Assembly: GCA_015487635.1 (NCBI GenBank)
Contig: WFPM01000014.1
Span: 407 to 64,406 of the forward strand
Origin: Rhodothermus sp.
GTDB taxonomy: Bacteria; Bacteroidota; Rhodothermia; Rhodothermales; Rhodothermaceae
Direction of reading: 5' to 3'
DNA length: 64,000 bases
In this document: in pieces, positions 9,057 through 18,442 of the stretch
How positions within the stretch are numbered: position 1 is the first letter of the stretch
Layout of the letters: each line of letters opens with the position of its first letter
Translations under genes and position numbers: made by a program
Notes under the pieces: model-generated
The model's database searches: none
Seen by the model: the letters and a program-made list of their open reading frames with translations, nothing else
Told to the model about the DNA's origin: nothing

Positions 9057-10553
9057 TCAGCCGACGACCAAAGCGTCGAGGCCCAGTTCCGCTTCAATGG
9101 CGGCCGGATCGAAGCCCAGCGCCCGGGCAACCCGCCGGCCATAGTCCACATCGGCCCGGTAGAAGTGCCCGAGCTGGCGTTTCTGCACTTCCAGGCGCGC
9201 CTGGCCCAGGCTCGCGGCAATGGCCCGCGCCAGGCGATCCTTCTGGCCCTCGTCGAACAGGCGGTAGAGATTGCCCGCCTGCGTGTAGTCGTCGTGATCC
9301 TTCCGGCTGTCGTACCGATCAACGATCACTTCGCCCAGGTGCCAGGCCGGCTCCTTGTAAATCGGATCGTCCTGCGGCGAGCCGGGAATCGAGTTCGGGA
9401 AGTAGTTCGGGTGCCCCGAGCCCTCGATCTGCGCCATGAAACCGTCCCGCTGATAGTGGTGCACCGGGCAGCGCGGCCGGTTGACCTTCAACTGCTGGTA
9501 GTTGACCCCCAGCCGGTAACGGTGCGCATCGGCATAGCTCATCAGCCGGGCCTGGAGCATTTTGTCGGGGCTGGGCCCGATGCCCGGCACGAACGCGCTG
9601 GGCTTAAAGGCCGCCTGCTCCACCTCGGCGAAATAGTTCTCCGGGTTGCGATTCAGCTCCAGCACGCCGACCTCGATCAGCGGAAACTCGGCATGCGGCC
9701 AGACCTTCGTCAGATCGAACGGATTCCAGCGGAAGTTCTCGGCCTGCTCCGGCGTCATCACCTGGATGTAAAGCGTCCAGCGCGGATAGTCGCCACGCTC
9801 GATCGCCTCGTAGAGGTCCCGCTGGTGCGTTTCCCGATCTTCACCGATCAGGCGCGCGGCCTCTTCGTCGGTCAGGCACTTGATGCCCTGCTGCGTCTTG
9901 AAATGGAACTTGACCCAGAAAAGCTCGCCCCGATCGTTGTACATCGAATAGGTGTGGCTGCCGTAGCCATTCATGTGGCGGTACGAGGCCGGAATCCCGC
10001 GATCGGAAAAAAGAATCGTCACCTGGTGCAGCGACTCGGGGCAGAGCGACCAGAAGTCCCACTGCATGTCGGGATCCCGAAGGTTCGTCTTCGGGTGCCG
10101 CTTCTGCGAGTGGATGAACATCTGGAACTTGTAGGGATCGCGCACGAAGAAGACCGGCGTGTTGTTGCCGACCAGGTCGAAGTTGCCTTCTTCGGTGTAG
10201 AACTTCACGGCGAAGCCCCGCACGTCCCGTTCGGCATCGGCAGCGCCCCGCTCGCCCGCCACCGTCGAAAAGCGCACGAACACCTCGGTCTGCTTGCCTA
10301 CCTCCGACAGGAAGGCCGCTTTCGTGTAGCGGGTCACGTCGTTCGTGACGGTGAAGGTGCCGTAGGCGCCGCTTCCCTTGGCGTGCACGACGCGCTCCGG
10401 GATGCGCTCCCGGTTGAAGTGCTGGATCTGCTCCAGCAGCTGCACATCCTGGATGAGCAGCGGACCCCGCGGTCCTGCCGTCAACGCGTTCTGGTTGTCG
10501 CCGATCGGCCGGCCGTCGGCCGTGGTCAGGCGCGGTGCTTTCCGAGCTTCCAT
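9057..10553 (-). CDS. katA: Monofunctional heme catalase
   Basis: Contains [24 protein letters not shown] and other catalase core motifs. The start was set at the internal ATG 10553 ([11 protein letters not shown]) because the upstream 23 codons run into the AT-rich promoter region. Confidence 0.9.
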   Translation of the reverse strand: MEARKAPRLTTADGRPIGDNQNALTAGPRGPLLIQDVQLLEQIQHFNRERIPERVVHAKGSGAYGTFTVTNDVTRYTKAAFLSEVGKQTEVFVRFSTVAGERGAADAERDVRGFAVKFYTEEGNFDLVGNNTPVFFVRDPYKFQMFIHSQKRHPKTNLRDPDMQWDFWSLCPESLHQVTILFSDRGIPASYRHMNGYGSHTYSMYNDRGELFWVKFHFKTQQGIKCLTDEEAARLIGEDRETHQRDLYEAIERGDYPRWTLYIQVMTPEQAENFRWNPFDLTKVWPHAEFPLIEVGVLELNRNPENYFAEVEQAAFKPSAFVPGIGPSPDKMLQARLMSYADAHRYRLGVNYQQLKVNRPRCPVHHYQRDGFMAQIEGSGHPNYFPNSIPGSPQDDPIYKEPAWHLGEVIVDRYDSRKDHDDYTQAGNLYRLFDEGQKDRLARAIAASLGQARLEVQKRQLGHFYRADVDYGRRVARALGFDPAAIEAELGLDALVVG

Positions 10554-10612
10554 AAACACTGCGTAATTGTTGGTGAAACACAATGGCCTGCAGTATACGG
10601 GTCGGCATTTTA

Positions 10613-10660
10613 TTTTGTCCAATCAATAATTTCTATCAAATCATAGGAATAAGCTATAGA
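10613..10660. promoter_or_regulatory. Candidate OxyR operator / divergent promoter region between catalase and oxyR
   Basis: TGTCCAATCAATAATTTCTATC (10616-10637) is followed by CTAT/ATAG tetrads. A 20-of-22 identical block lies upstream of the Mn-catalase gene at 15147-15168, in the same orientation and at similar spacing. Confidence 0.5.
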
Positions 10661-10663
10661 GCC

Positions 10664-11611
10664 ATGACGCTGACGCAACTGGCCTATGCGGTGGCTGTCG
10701 ATACGTACCGGCACTTTAGCCGGGCGGCCGAACACTGCCACGTATCCCAGCCGACGCTGAGCATGCAACTGCAGAAGCTGGAAGAAGAGCTGGGCGTGCA
10801 GCTTTTCGACCGGAGCCGCAAGCCGATTCTGCCCACACCCATCGGGGAACGGATTCTGGCCCAGGCGCGCGTAATCCTGCGCGAGTGCGAGCGGCTTTAC
10901 GAGTTGCTGAACGAAGACCTGGAGGCCGTCCGGGGCGCGTTGAGGCTGGGCGTGATTCCTACGCTGTCGCCCTATTTGCTCCCGCTGGTGACGCGTCCGT
11001 TGCAGGAGCGCTATCCGGAGCTCATTGTTCAGGTGGAAGAGCTGACCACCGAGCAGATTCTGGAGGCGCTGGCCACCGACCGGCTCGATGCCGGGCTGAT
11101 CGCCACAGAAGAAGGCCGTCCGGGCCTGCGGCGACGCGCCCTGTTTCGGGAGCCCTTTGTGGCATACTTAGGCGCCGACCATCCCCTGCTAGCCGAAGCG
11201 CAGCTCGATCCGTCCCAGCTCCGGCTCGATGAACTCTGGCTGCTTCGGGAGGGGCACTGCTTCCGGGACCAGGTGCTCCAAGTATGCAGTCGCCGTGAGG
11301 AAGCGAGTCCGGCTCCCCAGCTACGCTTCGAGAGCGGCAATCTTGAAACGCTCCGGCTGCTGGTGGATCGGCTCGGCGGTGTGACGCTGCTGCCACTTCT
11401 GGCCACGCACTACCTGCCGCCCGAAGCGCGCGAGCGCGTGCGGCACTTCCGCGAGCCGGCGCCCCACCGCACGATCTATCTGATCTACGCCCGCGCCCAC
11501 CTGAAGCGCACGCTGCTGGACGCCTACGTGGCCGTCCTGCAGGAAAGCATCCGGCCGCTCCTACCGCAACCGACCGCCGCGATCGATACGTTCGCCTCGA
11601 TAAATTCGTAG
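10664..11611 (+). CDS. oxyR: LysR-family transcriptional regulator, OxyR-like
   Basis: LysR helix-turn-helix FSRAAEHCHVSQPTLSMQLQKLEEELG. REGHCFRDQVLQVC resembles the OxyR redox-cysteine segment. The gene is divergent from catalase. The start was set at MTLTQLAYAV. Confidence 0.82.
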   Translation: MTLTQLAYAVAVDTYRHFSRAAEHCHVSQPTLSMQLQKLEEELGVQLFDRSRKPILPTPIGERILAQARVILRECERLYELLNEDLEAVRGALRLGVIPTLSPYLLPLVTRPLQERYPELIVQVEELTTEQILEALATDRLDAGLIATEEGRPGLRRRALFREPFVAYLGADHPLLAEAQLDPSQLRLDELWLLREGHCFRDQVLQVCSRREEASPAPQLRFESGNLETLRLLVDRLGGVTLLPLLATHYLPPEARERVRHFREPAPHRTIYLIYARAHLKRTLLDAYVAVLQESIRPLLPQPTAAIDTFASINS

Positions 11612-11680
11612 GGGTACGTACTTGTCTGCGACGACGCACGGCCGATACAGAAAGCACCCGGAACCAACCGACTCTGCGCC

Positions 11681-12295
11681 GTGCGTCTCCTTTCCAGACT
11701 CCGTCGTCTCCTGCCCTGGCTGGGCGGGCTGCTCTGGCTCGGCCTGATCGGGGCTGGCTGGGTGCTCGTCACCGACTACAGCAGCCGACCGGCTCCGGTG
11801 GGCAACGTGCCGGAGGTCTGGCCTGCCGATGCCCCTTTCGGGCCCGACTCGACCCGCATGACGCTCGTCATGTTCGTGCATCCGCGTTGCTCCTGCAGCC
11901 GGGCCAGCCTCCGTGAGTTGGCCTATATCATGGCACGGGCCCGGCACAACCTCTCGGCCCACCTTTTCTTTTACCAGCCCACGAACAAACCGGACGCCTG
12001 GATCGAAACCGACCTCTGGCATTACGCTCAGTCGATTCCTTTCACCACCGTGCATCGCGACCCGGACGGCAGGCTGGCCGAACGCTTCGGTGCGCTGGCC
12101 TCCGGCCAGGTCGTGCTGTTTCGCCCCGACGGCCGCCGCGTGTTCTACGGGGGCATCACGGCCGGCCGCGGCCATGAAGGCCCCAACCCCGGCCGCAACC
12201 AAGTGCTCCACCTGGTGCGTGAAGGCACCGGCACCACCGAGCACACGGCCGTCTGGGGCTGTCTCATTCAGGAAACCCCAACCGAAACCCCTTAA
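11681..12295 (+). CDS. Membrane-anchored thioredoxin-fold-like protein (function unknown)
   Basis: GTG start, an N-terminal TM helix (LLPWLGGLLWLGLIGAGWVLV) and a VHPRCSCS cysteine motif. It lies directly upstream of the chemoreceptor gene (6-nt gap). Confidence 0.5.
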   Translation: MRLLSRLRRLLPWLGGLLWLGLIGAGWVLVTDYSSRPAPVGNVPEVWPADAPFGPDSTRMTLVMFVHPRCSCSRASLRELAYIMARARHNLSAHLFFYQPTNKPDAWIETDLWHYAQSIPFTTVHRDPDGRLAERFGALASGQVVLFRPDGRRVFYGGITAGRGHEGPNPGRNQVLHLVREGTGTTEHTAVWGCLIQETPTETP

Positions 12296-12301
12296 AAAAC
12301 C

Positions 12302-14119
12302 ATGGTGAGTACACTTTTTCAGTTGGGCAAACTGGACCGCGCCGAAGATCTCTCGGCTCGCCCGCGTGAGCTGTACCAACAATTTCAGCATCAAACGTAT
12401 GTGCAGACCGACCGGCTTTTCGGCTGGTTGATGGTCGCCCAGTATGTGGCGGGCATCGCCCTGGCGCTAATCGTTTCCCCTCGCACCTGGATCGGCGACA
12501 CCGGCAAGGTGCACCTGCACGTGTACGCGGCCGTCATTCTGGGGGCGCTGGTTACCCTCGTACCGGCTTTTCTGGCCTTCCGGCGACCGGGCCGCGCTTC
12601 CACACGCTATGCCATCGCCATCGGTCAGATGCTCGCCTCGGCCCTGCTCATCCATCTGACAGGCGGCCGGATCGAAACGCACTTTCACGTATTCGCCTCG
12701 CTGGGCATCCTCGCCGGCTACCGCGATTGGAAAGTTCTTCTCATTGCTACCCTGGTCATAGCTGTTGATCACCTGTTCCGGGGCATTTACTATCCCCAGT
12801 CGGTCTTTGGCATTCTGACCTCCGACCTGTGGCGCGTGGCCGAGCACGCCTGGTGGGTGGTGTTCATGGTAGCTTTCCTGCTGAAAAACTATGCGAACAC
12901 CATTGCTGAGGTAAAACGTATGGCCCAGCAGCAGGCCGAAATCGAAGCAATGAACGCTTCCAACCAGGCGCTGCTGGAACAATCGCAAAGGCAAGAAACC
13001 CTGCTGAATCAGCAGCAGAGCGAGCTGGAGCAGGCCATGGCCGCGCTGGAGACCGAACGCACCGCGCTGCGCAACGGCGTGGAAACCATGCTGGACGCCA
13101 TGAACCGCTTTGCCGATGGCGACTTGCGCGTGCGGTTGCCCGAAGATCGGGAAGGAGACCTGGGTCGGCTGTTCCAGGGCTTCAATCAGGCGCTGGATCG
13201 CGTGGAGCAGATGATTCGAGGAGCCCGCGAGATCGCCTCGGAAACCGCCGCCCTCTCGGCCCAGATCAGCAACGCCACCGAAGAGCTGGCTGCCGGCTCC
13301 CAGCAGCAGTCGGTGCAGACGCACGACGTGGCCGCTGCCATTGAGGAAATGACGCGCACCATCATTGAAAGCGCCCGCCACGCTTCCAAGACCGCCGAGG
13401 TGGCCGAGAATGCCGGACAACTGGCGCAGGAAGGCCGCAACATCGTCGATCAGACCGTACACAAGATCCGCGAGCTGGCCGACGTGGTGCGCAACTCCAG
13501 CGAAACGATCCAGAAGCTGGGCGCCTCCAGCGAAGAGATCGGCGAGATCGTCTCGGTCATCAATGAAATTGCCGACCAGACGAACCTGCTGGCGTTGAAC
13601 GCCGCCATCGAAGCGGCGCGCGCGGGCGAGCAGGGCCGCGGCTTTGCCGTGGTGGCCGACGAAGTGCGCAAACTGGCCGAACGCACCTCCCAGGCTACGC
13701 GCCAGATCGCCGACATGATCGCCACAATCCAGGCCGACACGCGCGCAGCCGTTGCCGCCATGGAGCGCGGCACGCACGAAGTCGAGGAAAGCATCCGGCT
13801 GGCCGACCAGGCCGGACAGGCGCTCGCCCGCATCGTCGAAGGCGTGCAGCAAGCCATCGACACGGTCACCCAGATTGCGGCGGCCACCGAAGAGCAATCG
13901 ACCACCAGCGAAGAAATTTCCCGCAATGTCGAAACCATTTCGTCGCTGGCGGCCGAAGCAGCCCGTAACGTAGCCACCATCGCACAGACGACCGAGGAAC
14001 TGGCCCACCTGACGCAGCGCCTGCAGGCGCTCATGGAGCAGTTCCGTACCGGCGAGACGACCGAATCGGCGCACACCAACGCTCACCCCTCTACCCCTGG
14101 CTTTACCTGGCTGGATTGA
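12302..14119 (+). CDS. Methyl-accepting chemotaxis protein with a multi-TM N-terminal sensor module
   Basis: The C-terminal signalling domain motif is [40 protein letters not shown]-like segment precedes it. The N-terminal ~200 aa are polytopic membrane sequence. Confidence 0.85.
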   Translation: MVSTLFQLGKLDRAEDLSARPRELYQQFQHQTYVQTDRLFGWLMVAQYVAGIALALIVSPRTWIGDTGKVHLHVYAAVILGALVTLVPAFLAFRRPGRASTRYAIAIGQMLASALLIHLTGGRIETHFHVFASLGILAGYRDWKVLLIATLVIAVDHLFRGIYYPQSVFGILTSDLWRVAEHAWWVVFMVAFLLKNYANTIAEVKRMAQQQAEIEAMNASNQALLEQSQRQETLLNQQQSELEQAMAALETERTALRNGVETMLDAMNRFADGDLRVRLPEDREGDLGRLFQGFNQALDRVEQMIRGAREIASETAALSAQISNATEELAAGSQQQSVQTHDVAAAIEEMTRTIIESARHASKTAEVAENAGQLAQEGRNIVDQTVHKIRELADVVRNSSETIQKLGASSEEIGEIVSVINEIADQTNLLALNAAIEAARAGEQGRGFAVVADEVRKLAERTSQATRQIADMIATIQADTRAAVAAMERGTHEVEESIRLADQAGQALARIVEGVQQAIDTVTQIAAATEEQSTTSEEISRNVETISSLAAEAARNVATIAQTTEELAHLTQRLQALMEQFRTGETTESAHTNAHPSTPGFTWLD

Positions 14120-14120
14120 A

Positions 14121-14157
14121 AGAGAGGGGGCGCCCACATGGGCGCTCCCTCTCTTTC
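14121..14157. terminator. Bidirectional hairpin terminator between the MCP and Mn-catalase genes
   Basis: A 15-bp stem, AGAGAGGGGGCGCCC (14121-14135) / GGGCGCTCCCTCTCT (14140-14154), with one G-T pair and loop ACAT, followed by T residues. Confidence 0.6.
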
Positions 14158-14188
14158 GGCCACCCCCGTCCCTGTCACCAAACGGGCA

Positions 14189-15079
14189 TTACAGTTCCTT
14201 CAGCAGCCGCTGCGCGATCTCGTGCAACTCCTCCAGTGCAAAGCCCGGAATGGAGGCTTCCGGCGCTTCGTCCAGATCCAGCTGCGGTCCTCCCGGCGGG
14301 GTGCCATCCACCACTTCCAGCGGCTGCCCGTCCTGCGGATGGGCACCTTTCCAGATCCGGACAATGTCCCGGTAGTCTTCGAGGCTGAAGCGGTAGAGTT
14401 TGCGGTGCTGCCCGGACTCCTCGTACTTCCGGGCTTCCGGGAAGCTGCTGTTTTCGATCTTGGGAATGGGGAGCATCTTCGTGACGTTGACGCCGGTCAG
14501 GATCTCCAGCGCCTTGGCATAAGCCGTCGCGTGCACCCCACCCCGGACCAGCAGGTATCCGATCATCTCCCGAGCGACCGGATTGCTGGTCATCTCATAG
14601 ACCCGAATTTTGTGCAGGCGCGCCCCGCACTCTAGGAAGAAGTTGTGGAGCAGGTCCAGCACCAGATCGCCACTGTTGAACACGTAGTCTCCCTGCCAGG
14701 GTGTGTTCATGGAGTTGGCGACCAAGGCTCCCTGTCCCGTCACGATGAAGTGGTGCGTGTTGCGCGCTTTGAGTCCCAGAGCCAGCGGCGTCTGACTCGG
14801 GTTCTCCTTGCGCGAGGCACCGTTGAGCAGCGCGTTTACCGTGGCGGCCACCAGCTCTACGTGGCCGTACTCCTCCGCGCCGATGTTGGCGATCAGGTCA
14901 TAGAACGGTTTTAGCTCCTTCTTCCCGCGAAAGTTGAAGGACTGGAAGGTGTAGTTCATCAGGGTGGACATTTCCCCGAACCGTCCACCCAGCAGCTCCT
15001 GCACCACGGCGGCCGCATCGGGATCGGCCTCCTTGGGCATGGGGAGTTCGATCTGCAGCTTGTCGATCCGGAGAATCAT
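14189..15079 (-). CDS. Manganese (non-heme) catalase
   Basis: 296 aa. QELLGGRFGEMSTLMNYTFQSFNFRG and IGAEEYGHVELV are typical dimanganese catalase motifs. Confidence 0.9.
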   Translation of the reverse strand: MILRIDKLQIELPMPKEADPDAAAVVQELLGGRFGEMSTLMNYTFQSFNFRGKKELKPFYDLIANIGAEEYGHVELVAATVNALLNGASRKENPSQTPLALGLKARNTHHFIVTGQGALVANSMNTPWQGDYVFNSGDLVLDLLHNFFLECGARLHKIRVYEMTSNPVAREMIGYLLVRGGVHATAYAKALEILTGVNVTKMLPIPKIENSSFPEARKYEESGQHRKLYRFSLEDYRDIVRIWKGAHPQDGQPLEVVDGTPPGGPQLDLDEAPEASIPGFALEELHEIAQRLLKEL

Positions 15080-15146
15080 GGCACACCTCCTTGGGTTTGG
15101 GTCCCGGGTTTCGAACCGCTCGCAATATATCTTTATCCTATTGATA

Positions 15147-15180
15147 TGTCCAATCGATAATTTTTATCTATGAAATAGAT
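15147..15180. promoter_or_regulatory. Second copy of the candidate OxyR operator, upstream of Mn-catalase
   Basis: TGTCCAATCGATAATTTTTATC (15147-15168) followed by the perfect palindrome ATCTAT-GAA-ATAGAT (15166-15180). Confidence 0.5.
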
Positions 15181-15770
15181 GCTGTCGATACCGATGCCAT
15201 TTTGCGCGGCCGCTTGCTTTTGCGGCGTTTATGCCACCAGATCAAAAAGCCGGTGATGGGAAAGGTGCCGCCCAGCAGACTTGCCACAAACCAGATCAGA
15301 CGCACCGGCCACCCTCCAAAAAGCGCATAAAACCAGGAGCGTACCTGATCCCCGCGGTTGTGCGCCGCAAAGGGCTGGGTCTGTAGCACGGTACCACATC
15401 CGGGATCCACAAAGAGCGTGGTAAAAGCCCGGCTATGCGGCGCATCGGCCTCGGCCCGCACAGCGACCGCCTGTCCGGGCCGAGGCCGTGATACGCTGTA
15501 GAAGACGGCCGTGGAATCATAGTGCATGGCCGCCTGCAGCGCACGCTCAAGCGGATAGGCTTGCGAGGTGTCGGCCATCATCTCGGGTGGAGTAAGGCGC
15601 TCGGGACGGGTGCCGGGAAACCGGTAGATCGCGTCGTTGACTCATTCGAACGACCAAGCCAGCCCAGTCAACCCCATGATGAACAGCAGAGCACTAAACT
15701 GATTGATACAAACCGCCTCATAGGTGTCTCCGGAATGGTTTAAAGGGGTGTCGAAAAGATTCAATAGAGA
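15168..15770 (-). pseudogene. Remnant of a PepSY-associated TM-helix protein. It is N-terminally truncated and carries an in-frame TGA.
   Basis: A single reading frame runs from 15770 to 15168. It reads ...FSALLFIMGLTGLAWSFE(TGA)VNDAIYRF...LIWFVASLLGGTFPITGFLIWWHKRR. The stop at 15642-15644 sits where PepSY-TM proteins usually have W. There is no start codon at the 5' end. The total length is far below that of typical family members. Confidence 0.6.
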
Positions 15771-15902
15771 TTAAATAAGTTGTCGTCTCGTCTTCGTACA
15801 ACTTTCAAGTCGACCAACCTGCATCTTTTTCTGCTCGCCCGGTGGAAACTTACGAGCGGTCCCTGTACTTTGCGGACTAACGCCGACCACTCCTGACAAC
15901 CG

Positions 15903-17294
15903 ATGCGCATGCTGGCCCAGTTGCTGCAGCCCGAGGTGCAGGAACTCATCCGCACGCGCAATCTGCGTGCGCTGCGCGACGTGCTCGTCGAATGGGAGCC
16001 TCCCGAAATCGCCGGCCTGATCGACCAGCTCCCCTCGCCCGACGACGTGGCCGTCTTTCGTCTGCTTCCGCGCGAGCTGGCCACCGAAGTTTTCGAATAC
16101 CTGAGCACCGAAAAGCAGGAAGAGTTGATCGAAGCGCTGGCCCGCGAAAAAGAGTGGCTGGCTCAGCTCCTGAACGAACTCTCCGACGACGACCGTACGG
16201 CACTGCTCGAAGAGCTGCCCGGTCCCGTGGCCCAGCGTCTGCTGAACATGCTCGCTCCCGACGAGCGCGAGGTGGCCATCAAGCTGCTGGGCTATCCCGA
16301 AGACAGCGTCGGGCGGCTCATGACCACCGAATATGTGGCCGTCCGCCCGCACTGGACTGTCCAGCAGGCGCTCGACCACATTCGCCGCTTTGGCAAAGAC
16401 AGCGAAACGCTCAACGTCATCTACGTCGTCGACGACAACTGGCGGCTGCTCGACGACCTGCGCATCCGTGAACTGCTGCTGGCCGATCCGAACACAAAGA
16501 TCGAAGAGCTCATGGACGGCCGTTTCGTGGCGCTCAAGGCTACCGACGATCAGGAAACGGCCGTTCAGGTCTTTCGCGACTACGACCGCGTGGCATTGCC
16601 CGTAACCGATTCGGAGGGCGTGCTGCTGGGCATCGTCACGATCGACGACGTGCTCGACGTGGCCGAGGAGGAAGCCACCGAGGACATCCAGAAGATCGGT
16701 GGGATGGAGGCTCTCGAAGAGCCCTACATCTCGGCCTCGCTGGGCACGCTTGTCAAAAAACGCGCCCGCTGGCTTACCATACTCTTCCTAGGCGAGATGT
16801 TTACTACGACGGCCATGGGCCACTTCGAAGAAGAAATCGCCCGGGCCGTTGTGCTGGCGCTGTTCGTGCCGCTGATCATCTCCAGCGGTGGCAACAGCGG
16901 CTCTCAGGCCGCCACGCTGATCATCCGTGCCATGGCCGTGGGGGAGATCACGCTGCGCGACTGGTGGCAGGTCATCCGCCGCGAATTCCTCTCTGGACTG
17001 GCACTGGGGGGAATTCTGGGTGTTATCGGCGTCCTGCGGGTGGCGCTGGGTCAGCACCTGGGCGGATCGTACGGAGAGCACTGGCTGCCCATCGCGCTGA
17101 CCGTCGGGCTGGCGCTGGTAGGCGTGGTGCTCTGGGGCACGATCGTGGGCTCCATGCTACCGTTCCTGCTTCGGCGCCTGGGGCTGGACCCGGCCGTCTC
17201 CTCGGCCCCCTTCGTGGCGACGCTGGTGGACGTGACGGGCCTGCTGATCTACTTCGGCACGGCGCGGCTGCTGCTGACCGGCTCGTTGCTTTAG
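15903..17294 (+). CDS. mgtE: Magnesium transporter MgtE
   Basis: 463 aa with an MgtE N-domain, a CBS pair (VLLGIVTIDDVLDV) and a C-terminal membrane domain containing PLIISSGGNSGSQ. Confidence 0.9.
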   Translation: MRMLAQLLQPEVQELIRTRNLRALRDVLVEWEPPEIAGLIDQLPSPDDVAVFRLLPRELATEVFEYLSTEKQEELIEALAREKEWLAQLLNELSDDDRTALLEELPGPVAQRLLNMLAPDEREVAIKLLGYPEDSVGRLMTTEYVAVRPHWTVQQALDHIRRFGKDSETLNVIYVVDDNWRLLDDLRIRELLLADPNTKIEELMDGRFVALKATDDQETAVQVFRDYDRVALPVTDSEGVLLGIVTIDDVLDVAEEEATEDIQKIGGMEALEEPYISASLGTLVKKRARWLTILFLGEMFTTTAMGHFEEEIARAVVLALFVPLIISSGGNSGSQAATLIIRAMAVGEITLRDWWQVIRREFLSGLALGGILGVIGVLRVALGQHLGGSYGEHWLPIALTVGLALVGVVLWGTIVGSMLPFLLRRLGLDPAVSSAPFVATLVDVTGLLIYFGTARLLLTGSLL

Positions 17295-17443
17295 AAACGT
17301 GCGAAAAAGACCGGCACGCGTCGCTTGCCGTCGGCACCGGGACCCGGCCGAAAGGACGTGTTTTGCGGGACGGCCTCCTGTCGACATTTCGCGCTCGACT
17401 CCGACAGGAAGCCACAAGGTCACCGGCCGGAATGTTTTTTCAG

Positions 17444-18442
17444 TCAGGAGGGCTCCAGCGCATCCATCGTCCGGAGCAGTCGTTCCAGCGCCGGACTTTC
17501 GGGTTGCAGGGCCCGGGCGGCTTCGACGGCTTGGCGCGTCTGCGTGGCATAGCCTTTCTGCAACAGCCGTCGCGCCAGCTTGAGCAGGGCCAGGGCGTCG
17601 GCATGGCGGGCGATTTCCACTTCGGCCTGCGTCAGCAGCGGCTCCAGTCGGCGGAGCTGTTCGGCGCGGTCCAGATGTCGGCGACCGGCGACCGTATCGC
17701 CCCGGGCCAGCAGCGCCCGCCCCAGATGGTAGTGAGCGACAGCGTGCCAGGGACGCACCGTCAGCACACCTGCCAGCCAGGTGACCGCTTCGTCCGGATG
17801 CCCCATCCGCACCAGCAGCGTCCCCAGCGCCAGCCGGTAGTCGGGATCGTCGGGGGCCCGCTGGTGTGCCTTTCGGGCAGCGGCCAGTGCCTCCGACAGC
17901 CTTCCTTCCAGTTCGTGCACTTGGCGGAGCCCGTCCCAGGCCTCGGCCAGCGTGCTGTCGAGCCGCAGCGCCTCCCGGAAGCCGAGCGCCGCGCTGTCGA
18001 GCCGTCCCAACTCCCGATAGGCGTGGCCGAGTTGCAGCCAGGCGGCCGCCCGCAGGGTGCCTGTGGCCCGGTGTAGCGCCTGCCGGTACTGGTCGAGCGC
18101 TTCCCGGAGCTGACCCTGCTGCTGCAGCACCCGCGCCAGCAACAGACGGGCTTCTACGTGCTCCGGTTGGAGCCGCAACGCTTCGCGGAGCGCCACGGTT
18201 GCTGCGCGGAGCTGCCCCAGCTCGCGCAGCAGCACGGCTTTCCACACGTAGCCATCCGGCCACGAAGGCGCCCGAAGAATCACACTGTCGGCCAGCGCCA
18301 GGGCCGTCGCCCGCTCGCCGGCCCGATAGGCCCGCTGCAACTGCACCACCAGCGTCGCTGTGCTTGCGTCGGGCACAGGCACCGGTCGCTCCGTCCGACA
18401 GCCAGACGCAAGCACCAGCAGCGTTACGCCTGCGCCCCACAG
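17444..18442 (-). CDS. TPR-repeat lipoprotein (start uncertain)
   Basis: Repeated TPR-like helices (e.g. AWLQLGHAYRELGRLDSAALGFREALRLD) follow a lipobox-like LLVLASGC. There is no in-frame ATG near the lipobox. The long ORF upstream of about 18442 overlaps the lacI-family gene and is not credited. Confidence 0.55.
   Translation of the reverse strand: MWGAGVTLLVLASGCRTERPVPVPDASTATLVVQLQRAYRAGERATALALADSVILRAPSWPDGYVWKAVLLRELGQLRAATVALREALRLQPEHVEARLLLARVLQQQGQLREALDQYRQALHRATGTLRAAAWLQLGHAYRELGRLDSAALGFREALRLDSTLAEAWDGLRQVHELEGRLSEALAAARKAHQRAPDDPDYRLALGTLLVRMGHPDEAVTWLAGVLTVRPWHAVAHYHLGRALLARGDTVAGRRHLDRAEQLRRLEPLLTQAEVEIARHADALALLKLARRLLQKGYATQTRQAVEAARALQPESPALERLLRTMDALEPS

Noticed and set aside
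8931-10646. 571-aa plus-strand ORF covering the whole catalase locus
   Set aside because: It lies antisense to an unmistakable heme catalase. Its sequence is Arg/Ala/Gly/Pro/Val-rich and low-complexity with no motifs. This is a typical shadow ORF of high-GC DNA.
12467-14137. 556-aa minus-strand ORF opposite the chemoreceptor gene
   Set aside because: It is antisense to a gene with a clear MCP signalling domain. The composition-driven open frame has no recognisable domains.
15642-15644. In-frame TGA in the PepSY-like frame as selenocysteine or read-through
   Set aside because: There is no SECIS-like hairpin immediately downstream. The position corresponds to an expected Trp, and the gene also lacks its 5' part, so a pseudogene is the simpler explanation.
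15771-15902. Possible M-box (Mg2+) riboswitch upstream of mgtE
   Set aside because: I could not find the conserved M-box core sequences by eye, and the region is too short. A covariance-model scan (Rfam RF00380) would be needed to settle it.
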